A stretch of 64,000 nucleotides of DNA from Desulfomicrobium sp. (GTDB lineage Bacteria; Desulfobacterota; Desulfovibrionia; Desulfovibrionales; Desulfomicrobiaceae): the NCBI GenBank assembly GCA_040768745.1, contig JAXGMI010000001.1, forward strand, positions 896,001 to 960,000, given 5' to 3'. Position 1 is the first letter of the stretch, and each line of letters opens with the position of its first letter. The notes beneath the pieces are model-generated. The model ran no database searches. It was not told the DNA's origin and saw nothing but the letters and a program-made list of their open reading frames with translations. The position numbers were made by a program, and so were the translations under genes. Of this stretch, positions 1-6,805 are shown in pieces.

Positions 1-1031
1 GTCATGAGCGAAAGGACCATCCCTGCGGCCCCGGCCCGGCCCGTGCGCCCGGCCCGGTGCAGGTAGTCCCGGCTCTGGGTCGGCACGTCCAGGTTGACCA
101 CCAGATCCACCTCGCTGATGTCCAGGCCCCGGGCCGCTATGTCCGAGGCCATCAGGACCGCGGCCTGGCCCTTGCGGAAGGCCTCCAGGGCGGCCTGGCG
201 GGCGAACTTGTCCCGCGCCCCGTGCAGGTCCGCCACGGACAGCTGATGGAAATGCAGCCGTTCGGCCATGCGTTCCGCGCTGGCCCCGCGATGCACGAAG
301 ACCAGGGTCCGCCGGGGCTCCAGGCCGCGCACGACCTTGCGCAGCCACTCGATCTTGTCCCGCTCCTCGCAGACCAGGAAGCAGTGCCGGATGGCCGGGC
401 TGACCCGTTCCTCGGCCACGCGCACGGTTTCCAGGTTTGGGGCCAAACCCCGGGCCACCCGCGTGCTGGCCGGGCCCTCGGTGGCCGAGACAAAGACGAA
501 GCGGGTCTGCGGCCCCAGGTCCGCGGCGATGCGCCGGACGTGCTCCAGCCCCTCTTCCACCAGCAGCCGGTCGGCCTCGTCCAGGACCAGCCAGCGCACG
601 TCCCCCAGCCTGAGCTTGCCCAGGCCCATCAGATGCGTCACCCGGCCGGCCGAACCCACCAGGACGTGCGGTTTCTTCTTCAGGCCATCCACCTGCCTGG
701 CCACGGCCACCCCGCCGATCAGGGGCTGGATCCGGATGTCCAGGCCCGCGTCCCGGCACAGGTCCCGGGCCACGTGCGCAATCTGCATGGCCAGCTCGTG
801 GGTCGGCGCCAGGACCATGGCCTGCGCCAGCGGGGTCTGCGGGTCGATCCGGGACAGGATCGGCAGCAGGTAGGCCAAGGTCTTGCCCGAACCCGTGCGC
901 GAGACCAGCATGGCCGATTTCCCGGCCAAGAGCACGGGCAGGCCCGCCTCCTGCACCGGCAGGGGGGTGAGGCCGCGCCCGTCCAGAAGCTGGGCCAGGG
1001 CCGGGTGAATGCCGAGATTCGAGAACGACAT
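1..1031 (-). CDS. DEAD/DEAH-box RNA helicase (3' end runs off the window)
   Basis: Not in the ORF track. Manual translation from ATG at 1031: MSFSNLGIHPALAQLL...PVQ...SRTGSGKT (motif I)...LAPTHELAMQ (Ia)...LVLDEAD (II)...YLHRAGRTGRAG (VI). Confidence 0.93.
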   Translation of the reverse strand, partial: MSFSNLGIHPALAQLLDGRGLTPLPVQEAGLPVLLAGKSAMLVSRTGSGKTLAYLLPILSRIDPQTPLAQAMVLAPTHELAMQIAHVARDLCRDAGLDIRIQPLIGGVAVARQVDGLKKKPHVLVGSAGRVTHLMGLGKLRLGDVRWLVLDEADRLLVEEGLEHVRRIAADLGPQTRFVFVSATEGPASTRVARGLAPNLETVRVAEERVSPAIRHCFLVCEERDKIEWLRKVVRGLEPRRTLVFVHRGASAERMAERLHFHQLSVADLHGARDKFARQAALEAFRKGQAAVLMASDIAARGLDISEVDLVVNLDVPTQSRDYLHRAGRTGRAGAAGMVLSLM

Positions 1032-1098
1032 GGGTTTCCTTGTCCGGTCGGGCCGGCGCTGACAAAGGTGAGAAACGGGGACTGAACGGGCCGGGCGC

Positions 1099-2091
1099 CT
1101 ACCCGGCCGTGGCGTTGCCCCCGGACTTGGGCCCCGGGGAGGGGAAGAGCAGCTCCCGCTGCAGGAATCCGCGCACGCGCAGGTATTCCAGGATGTTGAT
1201 CTCCCCGCGCAGGGCCATTTCCCATCCCGGCCGCTCCACCACGACCATGACCGGGATGCCCTGATACCCCTTCATCTTGAAATAGGCCCGGGCCGTGCGC
1301 ACGGTCTGGCGCAGCTCGTCCGGGACAGGCACCGGCTCGACCTTGTCCAGGCTCTCCAGGCGCAGGATCTCCAGAAAGGGATTCTCGGCCGTGGCGTTGG
1401 AGGTCAGGAACGCGGCCAGGCGGTACATGTCCTCCTCCTTGTTGTCCGTGCAGGCCAGCAGCCATTTCCCGCGCAGCTCCTTGGCGTTGACGGCCAGGTT
1501 GGCCAGGATTTTCGAACAGTGGTCGCAGTGCAGGCTGAAGAAGAGGACGTGCTGGGGCGCGTTGCCCGGCGCGTTCTCGTAGGAGTGAAAGGCCGTGTCC
1601 GCGATGGCCGGGGGGACCACGTTCAGGTCCAGCACGGCGTTGGCCACGAACCCGCCGCACCACACCGCCACGCCCAGAAAGGCGATGGACAGGGAGCGCC
1701 GCCCCCAGGCGAAAAGGCAGGTGCAGACAAAAAGGATGCACCCCACCACGATGCACAGGGCGCATTTCTCCTTCAGGCCCATGAACTGGAAGCCCAGGAT
1801 GGCCCCGTCAAAGGCCAGGGCCCCGAACAGGAGCAGGGTGGCCGCGCCCCAGATCCATTTCCTGTCGTAGCGGCCGCCGAAAAAGACCAGACCCCACAGG
1901 AGCCACAGGAACGTGGCGCCGAGCTTGATCAGGTTCCCCTCGCCGAAGCGCACGTATTCGCCGACCACGTCGCAGGACGAGGTGGTGCAGAAGGAGGTGT
2001 GGCGGATGGCCTGCATCCAGACCTCGGCCGAAAGGAAGGACGCGGCCAGGAACAGGAAGGTCAGCAGGATGTAACGGGGCAGTTTGGACAT
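1099..2091 (-). CDS. VKOR-like membrane oxidoreductase fused to a thioredoxin-like domain
   Basis: Five hydrophobic segments, loop cysteine pair FCTTSSCDVV, membrane CxxC (KCALC), then a soluble FFSLHCDHC CxxC and a GIPV cis-Pro-like motif. Confidence 0.75.
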   Translation of the reverse strand: MSKLPRYILLTFLFLAASFLSAEVWMQAIRHTSFCTTSSCDVVGEYVRFGEGNLIKLGATFLWLLWGLVFFGGRYDRKWIWGAATLLLFGALAFDGAILGFQFMGLKEKCALCIVVGCILFVCTCLFAWGRRSLSIAFLGVAVWCGGFVANAVLDLNVVPPAIADTAFHSYENAPGNAPQHVLFFSLHCDHCSKILANLAVNAKELRGKWLLACTDNKEEDMYRLAAFLTSNATAENPFLEILRLESLDKVEPVPVPDELRQTVRTARAYFKMKGYQGIPVMVVVERPGWEMALRGEINILEYLRVRGFLQRELLFPSPGPKSGGNATAG

Positions 2092-2111
2092 GGTCTTCTC
2101 CGGTTATTTCG

Positions 2112-3156
2112 AAAGGGGTCACATCTTCCTGTGACGAAGCTCGATCCCTTTTTTCATCTTCTCCACCCCCTGGGCCACCGCCCCGCCCTGCCCGACCTTG
2201 GCCTTGGCCCGCGCGATGGCGCTGCCCACGGTGCTGTACTTGTCCGTCTTGAAATGCTCGCCGATGGCGCGCAGGGATGCGCCGGTGAGCGTCCTGGCCA
2301 GGTACATGGCCATGTCCCGGGCCTCGTTTACGACCCCCCGCACGGACGTGTCCAGCTCTTCCGCCTCCACTCCGTAGAATTCGCAGACAGCGGCCGTGAC
2401 CGCCTCCAGGGACACGGGCGCGAGCAGGCGGGACTCGGGCACTTCGGGGCTGAGCTTGGAAGCGAAGAAGCGGTCCTTGATGGACTGCACGAATTCCGGA
2501 TTTCCGAGGATCGACGGCAATTTCTTCAGGGAAAACAAGCGTTCGATTGTCTCGTCGACATCCTCGGCCATGAAACGGAGGTATGCTTCCCTGGCCCTGG
2601 CCGGGTCGTCCGCGAACCGCCCCAGCAGAGGTTCCGCGTGCAGCCATTTCCACTCTTTGCCCCGGCGCAGGTAGCCGTGGTGGCTGCTCCACGGATAGTC
2701 CGCCAGGTTCGTGGCCAGGCCGGCCTGCAGCGGGTTGCGGTGGATGTAGCGGAGCAGGCCCGCCAGATACTCCTCCTCGCCGACCAGGATGGCCTTGTAC
2801 CTGCCCCGGAAGAGCTGTCCGTCCACGCCGTGCCGGCGGTTGAACCACTGCGTGTACACCCCGCCCAGATGGCGCATGGCCCGGGCCAGGTTGGCCTCCG
2901 AGGTCTGGAGCAGCAGGTGGTAGTGGCTGGGCATGAGACAGTAGGCCGCCACCCCGACTCTGAACATGGCGGACGTGCCCTGGAGCAGGTCCACGAAGGC
3001 CTTGCAGTCCTCGCTGTCGTGGAAGATCCTTTCCTGCCGGCGGCCGCGGTTGGTGATGAGGTACCAGGCGCCGTCAAATTCGATGCGCAGTGGCCGGGCC
3101 ATGGAAAATTGATTACGTCTCAGGGTTATTTCGTCAAAGGAAGATTTGACCCGTTT
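2112..3156 (-). mobile_element. RAYT/Y1-transposase element bounded by 27-bp inverted hairpin repeats
   Basis: The reverse complement of 2112-2138 (TTCGTCACAGGAAGATGTGACCCCTTT) matches 3130-3156 (TTCGTCAAAGGAAGATTTGACCCGTTT) at 24/27 positions; the pair encloses only the transposase gene. Confidence 0.8.
2119..3102 (-). CDS. REP-associated tyrosine transposase (Y1 HUH, IS200/RAYT family) with a C-terminal DnaA domain IV-like HTH
   Basis: MARPLRIE N-terminus, TNRG, HUH motif MPSHYHLL, GQLFRGRYK, catalytic YIHRNP, YPWSS; C-terminus ARDMAMYLAR...SLRAIGEHF...YSTV. Confidence 0.9.
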   Translation of the reverse strand: MARPLRIEFDGAWYLITNRGRRQERIFHDSEDCKAFVDLLQGTSAMFRVGVAAYCLMPSHYHLLLQTSEANLARAMRHLGGVYTQWFNRRHGVDGQLFRGRYKAILVGEEEYLAGLLRYIHRNPLQAGLATNLADYPWSSHHGYLRRGKEWKWLHAEPLLGRFADDPARAREAYLRFMAEDVDETIERLFSLKKLPSILGNPEFVQSIKDRFFASKLSPEVPESRLLAPVSLEAVTAAVCEFYGVEAEELDTSVRGVVNEARDMAMYLARTLTGASLRAIGEHFKTDKYSTVGSAIARAKAKVGQGGAVAQGVEKMKKGIELRHRKM

Positions 3157-3164
3157 TGTCTATC

Positions 3165-3202
3165 AAAAGAAAGCCGGGCTGGTGATCTACACCGAGCCCG
3201 GC
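3165..3202 (-). terminator. Rho-independent terminator of the pilin gene
   Basis: GCCGGGCT(C)GGTG-loop-CACCAGCCCGGC hairpin followed by TTTCTTTT on the minus strand, just downstream of the pilin stop. Confidence 0.75.
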
Positions 3203-3239
3203 AAAGGATATTGTTAATAAGATATCATTACAATGAGCT

Positions 3240-3635
3240 CTATGATCCAACAATAGTACAATTTGCAATTGCACCATCCGTCATATTCACATCAAATGTA
3301 TAGTTACTGTACGATTCTTGACCATATACAAATGTCCCATCACTGAATCTCACTGTCCCATTATTTAAAACTTCAAACTTCTTATTCGTATTAGTAAGCT
3401 TTGTTCCTGGAATTTGACAAGTCTCGTTTGTTGTTCCATTTGCAGCAAATTTCGCAGCTGCTTCGTTCATACAGTTTCTCAAATCTGATTCACATGCCGA
3501 TTCAGCAGCATTCTTCTTATACTTCACAAACTGCGGGATGGCGATGGCGGCCAGGATGCCGATGATGGCCACGACGATCAACAATTCAACCAGGGTGAAG
3601 CCTTTTTCGCCTTTTCTCATTCTGAACCGATTCAT
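3240..3635 (-). CDS. pilA: Type IVa major pilin (12-aa leader + 119-aa mature protein)
   Basis: ATG at 3635 with a GGAGG RBS; class III signal G|FTLVELLIVVAIIGILAAIAIP. The 259-aa ORF in the track is over-extended upstream. Confidence 0.9.
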   Translation of the reverse strand: MNRFRMRKGEKGFTLVELLIVVAIIGILAAIAIPQFVKYKKNAAESACESDLRNCMNEAAAKFAANGTTNETCQIPGTKLTNTNKKFEVLNNGTVRFSDGTFVYGQESYSNYTFDVNMTDGAIANCTIVGS

Positions 3636-3686
3636 ACGTCCTCCAAAAAAATGGGTTGATGGTAGTGATGCTCGTGGCGTCCTTCT

Positions 3687-3702
3687 ATCATGAATCGTGC
3701 CA
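3687..3702 (-). promoter_or_regulatory. Putative sigma-54 promoter of the pilin gene
   Basis: TGGCACGATTCATGAT: perfect -24 TGGCAC but the -12 reads GA instead of GC; ~50 bp upstream of the pilin ATG. A near-palindrome GACAAATTTTGTC at 3767-3779 could be an enhancer site. Confidence 0.5.
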
Positions 3703-3884
3703 GAATTGAATTTTCTTTGATTTCGGCTCGTTGAGGGAAAAATGCCGGAATGCGACGATCCGGAACGACAAATTTTGTCAGCGCCGGTCCAATTTTGGAG
3801 GGAAGACCGGCGAATTCTGGCGGGAAATGCGGGGTGGTGCGGAGTGGTAGGGGCAGGTCCCGGACAAACAATCAGGCAAACCAT

Positions 3885-3911
3885 GGATTGCTTCGCTGCG
3901 CTCGCAATGAC
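3885..3911 (-). repeat. Solitary REP-like palindromic element (GTCATTGCGAGCGCAGCGAAGCAATCC)
   Basis: ATTGC/GCAAT stem enclosing GA-GCGCAGC-GAA. Confidence 0.6.
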
Positions 3912-3963
3912 CGAGGCCTGAGCCTGAGCGCTCCGGGACGCCCTGCATATATGTCCTTCGGCT

Positions 3964-4089
3964 GTCCGGCACACAGCCCAGGACAAACGGTAATTCGTTG
4001 ATTCCGTGTGAGGATTCACGGTCCGGCACGCTCACAGCCCAGGGCAAACGGCAGCTCGTTGATTCCGTGTGAGGATTCATGGTCCGGCA
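3964..4089. repeat. Tandem direct repeat, 2 copies of ~57-61 bp
   Basis: GTCCGGCA...CACAGCCCAGG(A/G)CAAACGG...TCGTTGATTCCGTGTGAGGATTCA starts at 3964 and 4021, with a third GTCCGGCA at 4082. Confidence 0.85.
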
Positions 4090-4205
4090 GAAGTCCTCGA
4101 ACGAGGGCCCGGCATGGCCGAAATCCCGCCCAGCCTTGACTTGCCCCCGAGATGCCCTAAATCATAACATCTGTTCTTGAAAAATTGGGTACCCAGACCC
4201 GATCC

Positions 4206-5979
4206 CCCTTCGCCCTGAGCGGCGAAGCGGGTCCAAGGGCTCGAAAGTCGGAAAACGTGGTTCGACAGGCTCACCACGAACGGAGACAGGCTCACCACGA
4301 ACGGACAAGAAATTCACGTGCGGGCAAGAAATTCACGAACGGACTAGAAATGCCCCTCTCCGTTCGCCCTGAGCAGCGAAGCGGTCGAAGGGCTCGAAAG
4401 TCGGAAAACGTGGTTCGACACGCTCACCACGAACGGACAAGAAATTCACGAACGGACTAGAAATTCACGTGCGGACTAGAAATGCCCCTCTCCGTTCGCC
4501 CTGAGCAGCGAAGCGGTCGAAGGGCGGGAAAGTGAAATCCCTGGTTCGACAGGCTCACCACGAACGGGCAAGAAATTCACGTGCGGACTAGAAATGCCCC
4601 TCTCCGTTCGCCCTGAGCAGCGAAGCGGTCGAAGGGCGGGAAAAAATATTCGAGGAAATTTGATTGAGTTTTTACGTCTACATCTTGAAATGCTCCGACG
4701 GCAGCTACTACACCGGACACACGGATGATTTGGAAAAACGCATCAATCAGCATCATCACGGCGAATTTCCTGAATGCTACACATTGAAACGCCGGCCTCT
4801 TGAACTCGTTTTTTCTCAAGTGCATGCAACACGACAAGAGGCCCTTGACTCGGAAAGACAGATCAAAGGTTGGAGCAGAGCCAAAAAGGAAGCTTTGATC
4901 CGTGGAGATTGGGCGGAAATCAGGCGGCTTGCAAAAAATCGCTCTGATCTTTCAAATTGAGATGGATTGACACCAGAAAGTGTGGTTCGACAAGCTCACC
5001 ACGAACGGACAAAAAATTCACGAACGGACAAAAAATGCCCCGCTCCGTTCGCCCTGAGCAGCGAAGCGGGTCGAAGGGCGCGAAAGTGAAATCCCTGGTT
5101 CGACAGGCTCACCACGAACGGACAAGAAATTCACGTGCGACAAGAAATGCCCCCTCTCCGTTCGCCCTGAGCAGCGAAGCGGGTCGAAGGGCTCGAAAGT
5201 CGGAAAACGTGGTTCGACAAGCTCACCACGAACGGACAAGAAATTCACGAACGGACAAGAAATTCACGTGCGGACAAGAAATGCCCCCCGCTCCGTTCGC
5301 CCTGAGCAGCGAAGCGGGTCGAAGGGCGCGAAAGTGAAATCCCTGGTTCGACAGGCTCACCACGAACGGGCAAGAAATTCACGAATGGACAAGAAATGCC
5401 CCTCTCCGTTCGCCCTGAGCAGCGAAGCGGTCGAAGGGCGGGAAAGTGAAATCCCTGGTTCGACAGGCTCACCACGAACGGAGACACGCTCACCACGAAC
5501 GGAGACAGGTGCACCACGAACGGGCAAGAAATTCACGAATGGACAAGAAATGCCCCTCTCCGTTCGCCCTGAGCAGCGAAGCGGGTCGAAGGGCGCAAAA
5601 GTCGGAAAACGTGGTTCGACAGGCTCACCACGAACGGAGACAGGCTCACCACGAACGGAGACAGGCTCACCACGAACGGACAAGAAATTCACGAATGGAC
5701 AAGAAATGCCCCTCTCCGTTCGCCCTGAGCAGCGAAGCGGGTCGAAGGGCGCAAAGGGAAAAGCCCTGGTTCGACAGGCTCACCATGAACGGGCAAGAAA
5801 TGCCCCTCCCCGTTCGCCCTGAGCAGCGAAGCGGGTCGAAGGGCGGGAAAGTTAAAACCCCTGGTTCGACAGGCTCACCACGAACGGAGACAGGCTCACC
5901 ACGAACGGACAAGAAATTCACGAACGGACAAGAAATGCCCCTCTCCGTTCGCCCTGAGCGGCGAAGCGAGTCGAAGGGC
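4206..5979. repeat. REP/BIME-like array of alternating inverted hairpin arms (12 A arms, 11 B arms) interrupted by a GIY-YIG gene
   Basis: Arm A CCGTTCGCCCTGAGCAGCGAAGCGG(G)TCGAAGGGC at 4206, 4360, 4492, 4604, 5045, 5158, 5293, 5406, 5560, 5716, 5810, 5945. Arm B TGGTTCGACAGGCTCACCACGAACGG at 4258, 4411, 4542, 4983, 5096, 5210, 5344, 5456, 5612, 5767, 5862. Confidence 0.97.
4664..4960 (+). CDS. Stand-alone GIY-YIG nuclease (UPF0213/YhbQ-like, 98 aa)
   Basis: TTG start with a GAGGA RBS at 4652-4656; FYVYIL..C.DGSYYTGHT.DLEKR..QH, YT..RRP, EAL..ERQIKGWSR.KK; catalytic-type Tyr, Arg, His and Glu residues are present. Confidence 0.92.
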   Translation: MSFYVYILKCSDGSYYTGHTDDLEKRINQHHHGEFPECYTLKRRPLELVFSQVHATRQEALDSERQIKGWSRAKKEALIRGDWAEIRRLAKNRSDLSN

Positions 5980-6054
5980 GCGAACTGAAAACGCCTTATT
6001 TTTCAATAAAAACAAGTAGATGAACAATACCAAAATGATCCACAAGGAGGAGTC

Positions 6055-6759
6055 ATGAACTTCCGGACCGCCACCCAGACCCGCACCGACGTGCGGGCCA
6101 CCAACTCGTACCTGCGCGGGGTGTACAACTGGATGAGCCTGGGCCTGGCCCTGACCGCCATGGTGGCCTACGCCGTGGCCACGACCCCCGCAGTAGCCCA
6201 GGTCATCTTCACCAACCCCATACTGTTCTGGGGCCTGATCCTGGCCCAGTTCGGCCTGGTCCTGGGGCTGTCCGGCGCCGTGCACCGCATGTCCGCCGCT
6301 GCGGCCACGGGCCTGTTTTTGCTCTACAGCGCCCTGAACGGCGCCACCCTGTCCTCCATCCTCATGGTCTACACGGCGGCCTCGGTCTTCAAGGCCTTCA
6401 TCGTGTGCACGGGCATGTTCGCGGCCATGAGCATTTACGGGACCGTGACCAAAAGGGACCTGACCTCCATGGGCAGTTTCCTGTTCATGGGCCTCATCGG
6501 CATCATCATCGCCTCCATCGTGAACATCTTCATGGCCAGTCCGGTTCTGGACTTCGCCATCAGCGGCATCGGGGTGCTCATCTTCACCGGCCTGACCGCC
6601 TACGACACCCAGAAGCTGAAGATGATGGGCGAATCCGCACCCATGGACGACGCCCTGGCCATCCGCCGCGGCACCATCCTCGGCGCCCTGACCCTGTACC
6701 TGGACTTCATCAACCTGTTCCTGTTCCTGCTCAGGTTCTTCGGATCTTCCCGCGAGTGA
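6055..6759 (+). CDS. Bax inhibitor-1/YccA family membrane protein
   Basis: Seven TM segments, YLRGVYNWM, TAYDTQKLK, GALTLYLDFINLFLFLLR; AAGGAGG RBS. Confidence 0.93.
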   Translation: MNFRTATQTRTDVRATNSYLRGVYNWMSLGLALTAMVAYAVATTPAVAQVIFTNPILFWGLILAQFGLVLGLSGAVHRMSAAAATGLFLLYSALNGATLSSILMVYTAASVFKAFIVCTGMFAAMSIYGTVTKRDLTSMGSFLFMGLIGIIIASIVNIFMASPVLDFAISGIGVLIFTGLTAYDTQKLKMMGESAPMDDALAIRRGTILGALTLYLDFINLFLFLLRFFGSSRE

Positions 6760-6805
6760 TCCCCGGGGCGGCCCGCCCGGCCGCCCTTTCCATGGCAGGA
6801 CAGGC

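Noticed and set aside
2102..3133. GGTTATTTCG direct repeat (2102-2111 and 3124-3133) as a target-site duplication
   Set aside because: The second copy lies inside the element, overlapping the inverted end, and Y1 transposases do not create target duplications.
3240..3599. Electrically conductive (e-pilin) assignment
   Set aside because: Aromatic content is borderline (11/119, with F1, F24, Y27, F51), there are two 23-residue aromatic-free gaps and no aromatic at position 32 or 57; the sequence criteria are not decisive.
3636..4019. N-terminal 128 aa of the 259-aa pilin ORF
   Set aside because: It runs through promoter and repeat DNA; the real start is the RBS-preceded ATG at 3635.
4206..5979. 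CRISPR array interpretation of the repeat region
   Set aside because: The spacers are not unique (two recurring alleles), the repeats alternate in orientation, the period varies from 94 to 156 bp, and there are no cas genes in the window.
4077..5988. Many short ORFs over the repeat array (e.g. 5268..5822, 5446..5988)
   Set aside because: They are translations of the DNA repeat in several frames, with no RBS or protein motifs.
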